Source: Planctomycetota bacterium
GTDB lineage: Bacteria > Planctomycetota > Brocadiia > JAADGH01
Direction: 5' to 3'
Length of the DNA stretch: 64,000 nucleotides
NCBI GenBank assembly: GCA_040755855.1
Contig: JBFMAD010000007.1
Coordinates: 32,001-96,000 of the forward strand
Shown here: positions 48,501-59,400 of the stretch, in pieces
Layout of the letters: every line of letters begins with the position of its first letter
Position numbering within the stretch: the stretch's first letter is position 1
The notes under the pieces: model-generated
The model's input: only the letters and a program-made list of their open reading frames with translations
Told to the model about the DNA's origin: nothing
The model's database searches: none
Position numbers and translations under genes: made by a program

Positions 48501-49877
48501 GTTCGGCAGATGGAGCACCAGCCATATCATCTCCGGGTCCTCATACAGGAAGGCCGAGATTTGTGTATGGAAGAGAGGGCTGAGGCCACTGTGCATCGAG
48601 CCGATCCGCGCTGCGCCGTAGGTGTCGAGGCCCGCGCCGTAGCCAAGCGAGTCGTTCAGGCTCACGGCGAAATGCAGGCCGACGCGGGCGTGGTTCGATG
48701 TGAAATAATCGTATTGCTGCGCCTGAGTACTCCACTTCATGAAGGCCGCAATCGAGCCCGTCCCGCCGCCGTCCGTGTCATCGCGGAACCCCTTGAACGC
48801 TCCCTGAAAGTACCCTGCCACACCCTTCTCCCATGTGTCGCAAAGCCGAACCAGCTCCGGGCTGTCTGCAAAGGTCCGCCGCAGATAGCGCGAAGCGACC
48901 CAGCGGGCGAGCATAGGCAAAGAGGTATGTGTGCTTCCCACGTGGGTCGCAACAGGTCCTCTGGGGGTTGAATCCGGGTCGTCGAGGGCCGTCTCCAGGA
49001 AATTACGCACGGTGGCCTGGCGCTCTTCCTCGGTAAAGACCGGCGATTCCTCCACCATATCCCATGCCCGGTACATGCCTTCCATGGTGTAGTGGGAGAT
49101 CGGATATTTCTGCTGAAATGTTGCGTTGAAGTACCGAACGATATAGCTGCGCGCAACCTCCGCCCAACGAGTGTCTCCGGTCCAGTAGTACCGGTTCGCG
49201 GGGAGCGTGAACGTCTCCACGCCGTATGGCTTCCTGACATCCGGCTCCGACCATCTCGGAAGCATCTCCGCCGTCTGCGCGAACATCGTCTGCACCTCTC
49301 CCCCGGGTTTCACATCGAGAAGGTACGGCAGGGCGGCGGTCCTATTCTTCGACTCGGGGAGCCGCCGCAGAAGCGCCTCCACTCCCGCCCTCATGCCGGC
49401 GGGAGTCGTCCCGCCCACAACGATGACATTCCGACCCGTGCCCCACGGGTTGGCCACCGTGCGCAATTCGTAGCCGTCGCCGCCCGGGTAAAAGCTATCT
49501 GAGCCGCATAGGTACTGGGCGTAGAGCGGAAACAGGACCCGGTTAGTGTACAGGTTCCCCACCGCGATGAAATTCTTCTCAAGGTATTCCTTCCCGACCG
49601 GCGCCAATCGTTCCTTGCACACCGAATGGTCGGAGACCTTGGCAAACGGCACCCCATACTTCTCTTGAAGTCCTTGGCAAAGCCTCTCTGCAACCTGCGC
49701 CGCGTCGGTGTCGGTTGCGGGAGACACGACGATGCAATTCGCCGCGCCATCCTTCACGATCTCCGTCTGCGGGTAGAACCGCGCAGGGCCGACCTTCGGC
49801 GCCTCCGCGGCGAACAGGGGGCAGATGCCGACAGCAAGAAACATCTCGACAAGCGCCCTGCGAGGAATCGCTATCAT
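45564..49877 (-). CDS. Large secreted glycan-lyase-like protein (heparinase II/III-like core, FG-GAP/PQQ-like propeller)
   Basis: Signal peptide; FDKACFR.GFD, W.R.IFW..G.WFVVLD; DLDNDG/DLDGDG/DLNGDG repeats. Confidence 0.6.
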   Translation of the reverse strand: MIAIPRRALVEMFLAVGICPLFAAEAPKVGPARFYPQTEIVKDGAANCIVVSPATDTDAAQVAERLCQGLQEKYGVPFAKVSDHSVCKERLAPVGKEYLEKNFIAVGNLYTNRVLFPLYAQYLCGSDSFYPGGDGYELRTVANPWGTGRNVIVVGGTTPAGMRAGVEALLRRLPESKNRTAALPYLLDVKPGGEVQTMFAQTAEMLPRWSEPDVRKPYGVETFTLPANRYYWTGDTRWAEVARSYIVRYFNATFQQKYPISHYTMEGMYRAWDMVEESPVFTEEERQATVRNFLETALDDPDSTPRGPVATHVGSTHTSLPMLARWVASRYLRRTFADSPELVRLCDTWEKGVAGYFQGAFKGFRDDTDGGGTGSIAAFMKWSTQAQQYDYFTSNHARVGLHFAVSLNDSLGYGAGLDTYGAARIGSMHSGLSPLFHTQISAFLYEDPEMIWLVLHLPNRSLLLYGQGDSPFRTGSFSIDPGAKEKPPEYLSGFSIIPLGVRRHKKLGAERAMPPEEQCFDKACFRNGFDAKDAYFMLQGVQPEYLDANTIPRYTDKGQVWLAHNSSQIGHYYRNALFLSDGRNKAPLQGACRMDAAGRFETYAMSSTTLCDYFGADWQRVIFWSRGNWFVVLDRATTRKPGFYSAQSVWRMPFSGTWKEDRILVTEQEGKRFYLVAGAPVAATTRFERPTGGPPDIYENPFFLRQRKFGAFKEGDILDFQNLLTTTEDNSPLAYTPIRINDSAVLVRSENGDDVLLGVGGDGREPCGIKADRGIYIADGSSIHVAGVRNLSVDGRTVLDRPEPVTGRIDLKTGAMLSGWDAQQLRTASYTWRLPERASVPLLKEEEARAISHRLAVAMKEVKDVPASVPQEAAPQAVRNPFVLVWENSEIGFDGYHLTGIGMRCSPPGQFEGRTALALDNIIPARAGGVHWNERVPATVELTWPKVEGLREIRLHLNALGALTTAREMSESREVRITWSSDRFRKDLRAEKRTVKSEYRIDPTYKGKVTPQKFLRILGSGVKASGVRLTIPPAGNDPNMRVALHEVEVFVESDGRSGADRRGACAVGHLKAADLDNDGQTEWIVNASDGVLSVIGWDGKMRWQKQFVAEISGLDFGDLDGDGQKEVVCSCYDLNVYAFSAAGELLWKTDFDNLMERSQKRFGISDGSTPFGVGFWDLGNRIRRVLVGSYECQLFVLDERGTILQQYYPGFSMFQRTFAPDSVDLNGDGLKDKLMCSMKYGAFGVIHAIVGNAKGLIAEHRNTSIPDNLPYTVKRIQGKGALAGVITPVGFGLYDIAKNFPKQERSGADTVWEFRGGRPLSAGLLHDVSGDGRDEFFVAGRDGFVSVLSADGKWMENRLIGVEVLDMAAIGAGADTIYLLAAEDGLCVYGADWVLRGKQPGRYTKLTVADPKDRTVGAATDEGRLLLLKLAPGAKDD

Positions 49878-49908
49878 CCTACTCTCCGTGTCATTTCGTC
49901 CGTTGGGC

Positions 49909-51513
49909 TCATTTGGCTTTGACCTTGAATACCACGTAGCCGTAGTTGCCTGTAACTGACACGGTCACACCGCCGGCGGGCACGGACTTAGCCTTGCGCA
50001 GTGTCAACGACGGCGTCTTCTCGATGAGGGTGATGGTCTTGCCGGTCAATGCTGCGGGGAGTTTCAGGATGTCGCGATCCACCGCTTTGTGATAGTCGGC
50101 GTAGACAACGACCTCTCCGTCTTCCTCATGCCAGTAGAAACAGGTGGCAGCCTTCTGGTCGGCGGGCCGGAAATACTGGCGATAGGCAATGCAATCGAAC
50201 TTCGTGCCCGCGGGAACGAGAGGCTCCATTTGACTGTCAATGGCCACCGGATAGGACTTGGCCGTGGTGTGCAGCGTGATGGCTGCGCTTGCGTTCTTGG
50301 CCCGTTCGGCCGGTTTCGTCAGGCCTCGAACCAGAGAGTATCCCAATGCGTAGCCGACTTCCCATGAGACCTTTCCATCCTCCTTTCGGCCCAGCAGCTG
50401 GATAAACCGGTCCGGCAGGTTCTTCGGGTCCTCGATGTTCTTGCTTGCCTCCGTGAACCGCAGCGGCGACTTTGGCGGAGACGAGTAGTCCTGCATGGAC
50501 TTGAAGTCGTAGGCGATGTCGTCCCGCGTGAAGGGCGTTGTCTTGGGGATATAGTACACATGCGCGTCGTAATCGCCCTTGGTCAGCTTGGCCGACTGGA
50601 TGAAGCCCATATACCCGATGTTGAACTCCTGGAGCGCCTTGGCTGTGTAATAGATCACGTTCGCGCCGTTCGGGTGGAAGCGGTATACGATGTGGTTGCT
50701 GATCACCCCATCCAGCTTGTCGCCGGTGAAGTCCCGCTCCACCCCTGGATGCTTGACGATATCCTCCAAGAGCGACGCGGGGCTGATGATATCGTATTCT
50801 TCCACAATGTCGAGATAGTCGCACGAGGCCGGCTTGCCGTCCTGCAGGGGCTTCTTGCCTTCGATGAGATACTCCTGTTTTCTGATCCTACATGCGGGAT
50901 GCAACTGCACCATGCGGTTGTCGGCGAATGTTATCGTGGCGCGCCGTGCGGCGCATTTCAGAGTGGAGCCGGAGTAGGTGTTCGCAAACTTCCATACAGC
51001 GCCTTTTCCTGTGTTCTCAGGCAGGAACCAGAGATGGTCCTTGTCCGCAATCTTGATGAGGTAGAACTTGTGGCCGGCCTCATCCGTCCATTCGCTGCCT
51101 AGGTCGGCGGCGGTGCGGCCGTGGTCGGCGCAGGTCAGATCGCGAGAGTCGGAGCAGCCGTGGTTGGCCCCGATGTAAGTTCCGTTGATGTTCCAGGGAG
51201 TGGCGTCGTCTCCGTTGCCATGGATCATCCTGCCGTTGCTGACCTCCTTCTCGCTCATTCCCGCCGATTCATTGAGGAGAAAAGCGCCGAAGAAATTGAT
51301 CTGATGGTTGTTTGCCCCTTTTTCCACCCTCACCACCAGGTCCTCTTGCGCCGAGAAGGCGCTGCGGATGAACACGTTGTCGCCGTATTTGACGACCCGC
51401 AGACCGGTCTTGGCCGAACCGGAGCCACGATCCGCCCCTTCGACAGCCGCCCCCCCGGAGAACATCATGGTGCAAAGGAAGGCGAGCAGCAGTATGTGAG
51501 TGAAATTCGTCAT
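49909..51513 (-). CDS. Secreted hypothetical protein
   Basis: Signal peptide; GGAGG RBS; long ORF with GC-ending codons. Confidence 0.7.
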   Translation of the reverse strand: MTNFTHILLLAFLCTMMFSGGAAVEGADRGSGSAKTGLRVVKYGDNVFIRSAFSAQEDLVVRVEKGANNHQINFFGAFLLNESAGMSEKEVSNGRMIHGNGDDATPWNINGTYIGANHGCSDSRDLTCADHGRTAADLGSEWTDEAGHKFYLIKIADKDHLWFLPENTGKGAVWKFANTYSGSTLKCAARRATITFADNRMVQLHPACRIRKQEYLIEGKKPLQDGKPASCDYLDIVEEYDIISPASLLEDIVKHPGVERDFTGDKLDGVISNHIVYRFHPNGANVIYYTAKALQEFNIGYMGFIQSAKLTKGDYDAHVYYIPKTTPFTRDDIAYDFKSMQDYSSPPKSPLRFTEASKNIEDPKNLPDRFIQLLGRKEDGKVSWEVGYALGYSLVRGLTKPAERAKNASAAITLHTTAKSYPVAIDSQMEPLVPAGTKFDCIAYRQYFRPADQKAATCFYWHEEDGEVVVYADYHKAVDRDILKLPAALTGKTITLIEKTPSLTLRKAKSVPAGGVTVSVTGNYGYVVFKVKAK

Positions 51514-51791
51514 GTGGCGCTGCCTCCAAGCGCGACGGCCTTTCCGGCCCTCCTCAACTGGTAGACATCATAAGTACAGCGGAAAGCGTCTGCCATTTCG
51601 TGGTCGGTGAGCGAACGAAGACTGCCATCCACCGCTCCGAGAATGGACAGGGGGCGAGGCGCAACCAGTGCGGCGGTCTGGGGGACATCGGCAATTTTCA
51701 AAATGTTCGGCACAAACGTGGGCATCGAATGCTCGCGGGAGAATCTCTCCCGGTGGACATATGGCGGTTGCTTCGCCGTCTGCTCAGTCAT
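51510..51791 (-). pseudogene. C-terminal remnant of an acetylxylan-esterase/dienelactone-hydrolase-like protein
   Basis: FVPNILKIADVPQTAALVAPRPLSIL motif without the catalytic N-terminal part. Confidence 0.55.
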
Positions 51792-51824
51792 GAAACACGC
51801 CTCTTTTGTTTGAATCCGAATCGC

Positions 51825-54212
51825 CTATGGTGCGGGTGGGGCGCTGGAACAATTGATGAACACATTGTCCTTGGCCCGGGATGCCTCCCAGAGTCCCTTT
51901 TCACTCTCGGCCAGCACGGTGGAGCATCTTTCGAACACGTTCCCGCAATAGAGGTTCTTTCGAAGCCGCCCCAGGGGGTCCGGTTGGAGTACCAAGGCTG
52001 AGGCCCCTGGTTCATCGAACCCGCTGATATGGTTTCCTATCAGTTTGAAGAGGCTGCGTACGATAATTGCCTCCTTCACGTCGCTAACATCGCCGCGAGA
52101 AATAAGGTTGTTCTTGAAAAGGGCTGTCTCACTTCCATACGAATCCAGGACTACAGGATGGAGGCAGGCGGCGATCGTGTTGTCATGAATGTTCCAGTTC
52201 GCCGACGGCGGAAAGACCTCAAAGACATCGTCCACTTTCATCTCACGCGGCTGTGTGATCTTGAAGGCGAGGGTATCAGGATTCCAGGATTCGATGACCG
52301 ACGTTCCGGAGGGCTTGTCGCCGGCGAACCACACGATGTTCCATCCTCTGTAGAGGTGCGAGGTCCGCCATTCCAGAGGCAGGAGCGCGCCCCTGCGACG
52401 AAAGGTGGTCGAGTCCACGACCTCGCCGACCTTGGCCTGCACGCGATGCGTGGTGAGGCCGTATCCGCAACCGCGGACAAGGTTGTCGTGGACGTCCACA
52501 TTCAGGGCCGGTTCCTTGATGCGGATCCCTGTGACCTTTGGGTCGCAATTTCCACGAACGTAGATTTGATTGTCACTGACGATCACATCGGAGAGGCCCA
52601 CATCAATCCCGGCCCGTTCGCGGACCTTCTCGTCCTGGTTAGTCAGGTCCATGATGTTGCCGCTGATAACGATCTGGCGCGCCGGGTAGGAGGACTTGAT
52701 CTTCCCTCCTGTGGGAGTAGAGAAATCAGACTTGTCCCGGGAATCCAGGTGAACACCTGTACTTCCGTAGTTGATGAAAATATTATTACTGACGATCACT
52801 TGCGTCGCGCCATGGCCAACGTGCACCGCCGCAGCATTGGGGCTGACACCCTCAAAAACATTGTTGCTGATGATCGTCTGCGCCACGCCAAGATCGTGCA
52901 TGAACTCGTAGCGGTGGAACATATTGCCAACGGAACATACTCCTGCGTTTCTGGCGTAACAGCCGATGATGCGGATGAACCGTCCCGGCCCCTCCCAGAA
53001 ACAATTGCCGATGTTCTCGACACGGCAGTAGAGCATGCTCGTGCTCTCGGACAGGTCGTTGTTGTTGAAGGCGTTGAAGCCGCAATCGGTGACGGAGCAT
53101 CGAAGGAAGGTGACCTCCTTCGTATATTGCCGGGGCTTGTTCTCGCCAAACTTCTCCGGCCCCCCGTGAATCGTGTCCGCCTCCCGACAGGGACCCGACG
53201 CATAGAAGCACTCGTTGGTCATCCGGCTGGCATGGACATTCTCCACCAGCACACGCTCCGTGCCGCCGATGCTCATGGCATTGCAGGGCTTCAAGCTCAT
53301 TCCCCAGATTCCATATCCGCCCGTGCTGTGGATGTAACCCGCCTTTTCGGCAAGGCCGGAGTGACCAACCATCCGGAAGTTCCGCACGGTGACATCCGCG
53401 CCGGCCTTGACCCGCAGGACCGAGCCCCTGCCCTCGGAGATATCCAGCACGGTATGGACGGCGCTGGCCCCCTCAAGGATAATCCCCTCCGCATTGGCCA
53501 CGGTAAGCCCCTGCACCAGCCGATAGCGACCGGCAGGAAAATGCAGATTACGTCTCTCCTTGATCGCCCGGTCCACAGCCGCTTGGAGCGGCTTGCTGTC
53601 CTCATGACGGACGAGGGCATCCCGGACGCTGCGGTTGGGCGCGTCCTTGAGCGTAATGACGCTCCCCTCAATCTTCTCAATCGTGGTGTAGAGCACATCG
53701 CGCGCCTGGAATGTCACCACGTCGCCAGGCTTCCAGTCCCGTTTGCCGAACCGCACCTCGACTCCGCCGCTCAACGGCTGCCAGTCATGGGTGATCGGGA
53801 CCTTGTTGGCCTTCCATGTCCGCGCAATATCATCGCTCCAGCGGAAAGTAGCGGGATGGGTCCCATCCACGTCTATGGCAAAGACCATCCATCCACCATT
53901 CGCGCCCTCATAGCCTCTCATCTCCATGGCGCCCCCGAGCGGCTTGCCGCTGTACATTCCGTCCCGAAGCATGGCGCTTGGGTAGTGGATGTTACACTTG
54001 GAGATCAGCACCGCTTGTCCCGGTTTGAAATCGCCGACATCCTTGACGGCGATCTGGTTGGAGCCTACGGTCGTCTCCGCCTTGGTCTCGAACTCCGAAC
54101 CCGAAGCGCCGAGTTCTTTCACGTCAAGCCACGCATCCCCTGCCTCCGCCAAGGGCAAGGCCCCCAAAAAGCCAAGAATAACCACCGTGGAAAGCGCTAA
54201 CCATATCCACAT
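51825..54212 (-). CDS. Right-handed parallel beta-helix (pectin lyase-like) secreted protein
   Basis: LDVKELGASGS, D..PLQAAVD...LHFPAGRY, repeated I.SNN.F turns. Confidence 0.8.
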   Translation of the reverse strand: MWIWLALSTVVILGFLGALPLAEAGDAWLDVKELGASGSEFETKAETTVGSNQIAVKDVGDFKPGQAVLISKCNIHYPSAMLRDGMYSGKPLGGAMEMRGYEGANGGWMVFAIDVDGTHPATFRWSDDIARTWKANKVPITHDWQPLSGGVEVRFGKRDWKPGDVVTFQARDVLYTTIEKIEGSVITLKDAPNRSVRDALVRHEDSKPLQAAVDRAIKERRNLHFPAGRYRLVQGLTVANAEGIILEGASAVHTVLDISEGRGSVLRVKAGADVTVRNFRMVGHSGLAEKAGYIHSTGGYGIWGMSLKPCNAMSIGGTERVLVENVHASRMTNECFYASGPCREADTIHGGPEKFGENKPRQYTKEVTFLRCSVTDCGFNAFNNNDLSESTSMLYCRVENIGNCFWEGPGRFIRIIGCYARNAGVCSVGNMFHRYEFMHDLGVAQTIISNNVFEGVSPNAAAVHVGHGATQVIVSNNIFINYGSTGVHLDSRDKSDFSTPTGGKIKSSYPARQIVISGNIMDLTNQDEKVRERAGIDVGLSDVIVSDNQIYVRGNCDPKVTGIRIKEPALNVDVHDNLVRGCGYGLTTHRVQAKVGEVVDSTTFRRRGALLPLEWRTSHLYRGWNIVWFAGDKPSGTSVIESWNPDTLAFKITQPREMKVDDVFEVFPPSANWNIHDNTIAACLHPVVLDSYGSETALFKNNLISRGDVSDVKEAIIVRSLFKLIGNHISGFDEPGASALVLQPDPLGRLRKNLYCGNVFERCSTVLAESEKGLWEASRAKDNVFINCSSAPPAP

Positions 54213-54450
54213 GACCCGTTTCCTTTCCTATCCGTTGTACGCTGGATCTATCCAGTATCTGACGCAGAGAGTCTGCCCGCGTTTCCCTGCGCACCGGTGT
54301 CGGCAATCGTGCAGGTGACATCCACAGGGTGATAGCGGCGGTTGGCGGTGAGGCGGCTGTAGCCGCATCGCGGACTATGCCGAAAGGACGGCTGCACGTC
54401 ACGAAACTGCTCCTCCTCGGGGGCGAACTCGGTCCCTTCCCGCCGCGCCG

Positions 54451-56199
54451 TCATGGGATCACCGGCAGAAGGATGTGCGAGGCGTGTTCGCCATCGTGAT
54501 ACACGGTCTGTGCGGCCTTTTTCTTCTGTGTATCCGCACCGAACGGCTGCCCAGTGTTCGGATTGCGGTCGAAGCGGGGGAAGTTGCTGCTGGAGACCTC
54601 GACCCGAATCCTATGGCCCCGCAGGAAGACATTGCTGGTTACCCAGAGGTCAATCTCGTAGCAATAAATCTTCTCCGGCTCGATCAGCGTCGGCCGGTCG
54701 GCCGATTCGCGGTAGCGGGCGCGAAGGATCCCGTCGCACAGATTGATGGGACGTCCATCCGGCCATACGTCCACGAGCTTGGCCGTCCAGTCCGTGTCCG
54801 TTGCGCTGCTGGCCGCGTATAGAATGACCTTGACCGGCCCGGTCACCTCCAATCCGCTTGTCAATTCGTCGCTCGTGAAAACGAGAACGTCCTCCCGCTG
54901 CTCGACGCTCGTTTGGTCGCGCGGCCCGGCAGGCCCCCCGAGGTTGCACCCACCCGCCGTAGGCACGGGGTCGTCCGGGTCGTACACAAACCGGTCGAAG
55001 GGCTCCCGGTCGGGCTTCGTTGTGCTCAGCTGTCCGTCGCCCGTGAGCGTCCTGGCCGAGCCTTGGCTGTGGAAGTAATAGGGGGTGTAACGCGTTCGCT
55101 GAAGCGGCCATTCCTTCTCGTCACGCCACTGGTTCCGTCCCATCACAAAGATCCTAAACGGCGGCCACGTCTCGACGTTCGCGGTCTTACCCTTCAACCA
55201 ATGATCTAACCACTCGGATTGAATCGCATTCAGGTTGACCAAGGAGCCCTCGCCGAAATCCAGATCGCCCACCTTGTGGTTCTTGTTGACGCCATGGGGC
55301 CACGGCCCCATGAGGAGATGCTGATGAGCCCGCGCTTCGTTCGAGCGGGATTCCTTGCGAACGGCGTTCAGGTGGTCGAACACGCTTTTGGCGTAGATGT
55401 CGTACCACCCGCCCACCACGTAGATCGGCGCGGTGATGTCCTTGGCGCAACCGCGTATGCTGCTCGGCCTCCAGTAGTCGTCGAACTGCGGGTGGGCCAC
55501 CCAGTCGCGCAAGTATTGCACCTTTTGCTGGATCGCCGTGTCCCACGTGCAAAGCGGCAGTGCCCGGAGCCAATCCTCTCTCTTCCAGGCGCGCGTGGCC
55601 CGACTGCCGGCCATTGCCGAACCCCATCCCATCGTCAGTTGAAGCTGGTACGCCCCGCCCACGTACGCCAGGTCGTCGTAGACGTCCACCAGCGGCACCG
55701 CGGTGAACATCGCCTTCAAGGACTCACCCGCGCCCGGCGCCAACATCCATTGCGTGAAGCCGAGGTAGGAGCCGCCCACCGTGCCGACCTTGCCGTTCGA
55801 CCAGGGCTGAGCGAGGATCCATTGAAGGGTATCCTGTCCGTCGCATCGCTCGTTTACGAAAGGAACCCACTCTCCGCCGGACGCCCCCCTGCCCCGACAG
55901 TCCTGGCTGATGTACACGTAGCCGCGCGAGGCGTAGGAACGGCCCGCACCGCCTTTCGCGTCGCCCTTGCCGTAGGGCGTTCGGGCAAGGAGCACGGGGA
56001 ACCTGCCTTCCGTCTTTGGCAGAAATACGTTCGCCGAAAGTTGAACACCGTCCCGCATCGGAACATTCATATCGGCCCGGGCTTCGACCTCGTAGGCGGG
56101 GTCCGCGCCAAAGGTCGCGCCGCACAGCGCACACCACAGCACGACCGCAAACCTGGTGGCAACATTCCACACGGTTTTGTTCTTCACTATGTTCTCCAT
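54451..56199 (-). CDS. CocE/NonD family hydrolase (S15)
   Basis: VPMRDGVQL, RTPYGK, QDCRGRG.S.G, GGSYLG, GGWYD, GPWPH, SSNFPRFDRNPNTG. Confidence 0.93.
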   Translation of the reverse strand: MENIVKNKTVWNVATRFAVVLWCALCGATFGADPAYEVEARADMNVPMRDGVQLSANVFLPKTEGRFPVLLARTPYGKGDAKGGAGRSYASRGYVYISQDCRGRGASGGEWVPFVNERCDGQDTLQWILAQPWSNGKVGTVGGSYLGFTQWMLAPGAGESLKAMFTAVPLVDVYDDLAYVGGAYQLQLTMGWGSAMAGSRATRAWKREDWLRALPLCTWDTAIQQKVQYLRDWVAHPQFDDYWRPSSIRGCAKDITAPIYVVGGWYDIYAKSVFDHLNAVRKESRSNEARAHQHLLMGPWPHGVNKNHKVGDLDFGEGSLVNLNAIQSEWLDHWLKGKTANVETWPPFRIFVMGRNQWRDEKEWPLQRTRYTPYYFHSQGSARTLTGDGQLSTTKPDREPFDRFVYDPDDPVPTAGGCNLGGPAGPRDQTSVEQREDVLVFTSDELTSGLEVTGPVKVILYAASSATDTDWTAKLVDVWPDGRPINLCDGILRARYRESADRPTLIEPEKIYCYEIDLWVTSNVFLRGHRIRVEVSSSNFPRFDRNPNTGQPFGADTQKKKAAQTVYHDGEHASHILLPVIP

Positions 56200-56480
56200 T
56201 CAGACCACGTTTGAGCCGTAAGCCACGGTTGATCCATCGTGATGGCCGTACCCATCCAGATCAATCCAGTTGCTTCGCTGCCACGTCTTGCCGTCATCGT
56301 CGGAGACAAACGAGCATACCACCCAGCGCCACGGATCATCCGTCAAATGCTCAACCGTAGCCACGATTCTTCCGCTGCGCGTCTGGATGAAGCCCGAAAA
56401 TTCGGCATTGTAGCCGTCCAGCAGACGCTGGCAATCTATCCATGTCTTGCCGCCGTCCAGACTGCGAATGCCACACTTGG
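56200..56480 (-). pseudogene. Internal fragment of a BNR sialidase-like gene
   Basis: IRSLDGGKTW...SDDDGKTW..SN.IDL.G.GHHDG; only two Asp boxes, both ends missing. Confidence 0.65.
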
Positions 56481-56486
56481 GGCGCC

Positions 56487-59400
56487 TTACTCGAGGTCCG
56501 GGCCTTGGATGCGCTCCCCTCTCCTTTGCCTGACTTGATCGTCTCGGTTGAAGGTTCCATAGAACAGGGCGGTGGTGTCCATCCAGGTGATCAGGCGATT
56601 CCACTCATCTTCGCCGAGCCGGACATCCTTGTGTCCGGACGAGAGATGCTTCATGAGCATGCTCCCGCGCGCCCCAAAGTAGTCCGGTTTGCTCAGCGGT
56701 TCGCTGTTGTCCTCTCGGCCCCAGGATGAGTAGGATACCCGCTTGGCCAGTTGGTTGTAGGATTCGGTAAAGTCCTTCTCCGGTTTTGCCGTCAGCGAGA
56801 CTCCCCCCGTGGGCTTCTCGCCGCTGTGACACTTGACACAATGCCTGTCCAGCACTGGTTGCACGAGCAGGGGGTAGGATAAAGGCTTTGTCCCATCGGG
56901 GCCGGGAGTGATCTCCGATGGGGCGCGCGTCAGCGCCATAAGGGCGCGCCGACGAGGCGGCGCGGACGACCGTGGTTCGTGGCAGCCGATGCAGGAGGCG
57001 GTTTCCCCCCGCTGAAGGTAAGTCAGGCTGCGCATGCTCTGCACGGACCGCCCCTGACTGTCGAGTGCCTGAAAGAGCAGCGGAGTGTTGGCAGGAGCAC
57101 GGAAGTACGCCGATCCATCCGGCTCCACCGGCACCGTGCCAAGAACCTGCTTCCCCGGCGACGCGTTCGCCCACCCGACGCGCGGGGTGTTGGCGTGGGG
57201 AGTGGTCTTGGGGAGCACCTGCACAATTCGCAGGCGCCGGATCCTGCTGCCTTCATCTGCGGGCAGGACCGGGGCGGACAGGCCCACGTCGTGCAGGACG
57301 AACGTCCCAGTCGCCTGTCCTGGTTCCTCGGCGGCGCTTGCGACGGTCGGCGGCCTGCGGCGGGGGCGGATGGGGATAGGCCAGAGGCTCGAGATGTTCG
57401 GGTCGCGATACAGCAGCTCCCGGTTGCCGAAACAGTCAACCACATAGATCCCGAACGTGTTTGGGGCGTTGGCGCTCGGTTCGCCAATGAGCGGGTCGTA
57501 GCTGTAGGCCGCGAGGAAGGTCGTTTCCGAGAGAGGATAGGGGCTGCGGTAGCAGTGCCCCGGCCATCGCTTCTCCGCCCGCGGAACGGGCCGTTGTTCC
57601 GTGACGCCTGCCATGCCGCGCCAGCCTTCTGCGGATTCCTTGCTTCGTCGCACGGTGGATTCGCTTTCGGGGAAAGGCACGTCCGGGGTAAGCCGCGTGA
57701 TGGCGTCCATGGTATCCCGGCCCTCGTTGACGTCAATCCGGATGATCGAGCCGGCCGTCATGGCATGGTGAGCCGCTGCTGTTGCCATGATCCGCTGCGA
57801 TTCGGGTATCGGCCGCGCCTCCCAGATGCCCACGGGATTGCGCATGTAGCTGCCGAAGTATTCGCTGGGGGCGGCGCCGTCGGGGTGTGTTGTCCAGAGC
57901 TGCTGGTAGTAGACCGCGTTGCGATCCACGTAATCCCATCGGGTGTAGATAACCCGCCCGTCGTTGAGCACGGCCGGGTCCCACTCGTGGGTTTCGTGAC
58001 AGGACAACACGCGCAGGCCCGAACCATCCGGATTGACCTTTGCCAGGGTGTAGACCGGGCAGGGACCCCGCCCGCACCGATGGAAGCCGCCGCGTCGAGT
58101 CGAGATGAACATGATCCTCCCGTCGGGCAGGAACGTGGGGGAAAAATCGTCGAAGGGGCCTTTCGTGATCTGGCGCAGGCCGTTGCCGTCCGTGCTGATC
58201 TCGTATAGGTGGTAGTACGTGTCGGCATTTTGTTCCCTGCCCTCAATCATCTTCCTTCTCGCCGGGTCGAGCCGACAGTACGAAAAGAGCAGGCGGCAAC
58301 CGTCGTAGCTCAGTTCTGGACGCTGATAGCTGCCGACAGGCAGCATACCCCGCGCCAGCTCATGGCAGCGCATATCTTTGCCGGGAGCATCCAGCACAAA
58401 GACCCCGCCGCCTGGGCGGGCCGACAGGCCGGAGTACTGCGTGAGCTGGTGACTGAACTGGGAAGGGACTTGTTTCACGAAGAGAATGGGGTCCTGCGCG
58501 ACCGTGGGGTCCGCGAAGACGATGCGCCGGCGAACCGTGTGCACCCGCAGCCACAGTTGCTCCCACTCTCTTTCGCCGGTAGCGGAGTTGGCCGCCAGCG
58601 CCTTGGCTCGAACGTGACAGTCTTCCCATTCGCAAAGCATATCGCCAAGGGGAACCTCCCGCTTTTGCAGATCACGCACGAGCCGATCACCACACGCCAG
58701 CACCTCCCCGACGGCTTCCTTCCAGGACACCCTCTCCTTTGGTGTGCCGATGCCATCGTGCATGCGCCAGTCCCACTCGATCAGCTCCTGGGCGATGCCG
58801 GGCCTGAATTCCGGCATGCGTGGGGGAGGAAGCACGTCGCTGGGTGGCCTACGGAAACGAAGCGGCGCGTCGAACCACCCGCGCCCATCCGCTTGATAGC
58901 GCAGCCTTTCCAGGCGAACCCCTGCTTCGTTCCCGGTGCTGCGCATAGTCAAAGCTATCGTGCCGCCTCCGGCGACATCGCTCTGGACCTCAAGCGTGAC
59001 GATCCTACTCGGCTCCAGCACCCGGTGAGAAATCTTCTCTCCGATGCCAACAGCGACTTCGGCACTATCTCCTGTACGAAGGACGAAGTCGGCGGCCACT
59101 TGCAGCGCCCCGCCGGCGCATTTCATGGGGACGTTCAGGCACACCGACTCGTTCTCGCGAAGGCTTGCCATGAGCCTCGACACAGGGATTCCCATCAACA
59201 AAATCTGCGGACCGGTGGATTCTGCGACGAGCGCGACGCCACCGGCACACTCGCTCGAGGGCGCCGGGGCCGGTTTTCCGCAGAGCGTTACCGCCGTCGC
59301 GCCGAATGAAGGAATGCGCATCATGTGGTCCCGGACCAGATAGGCGTCCCCCCAGTTCGCCATGTCGCAGGCGATGCCGTCGCCATTGTCATCTGCGATC

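Noticed and set aside
54248..54454. 68-aa ORF overlapping the CocE stop codon
   Set aside because: No recognisable motif; cannot tell gene from remnant or chance.
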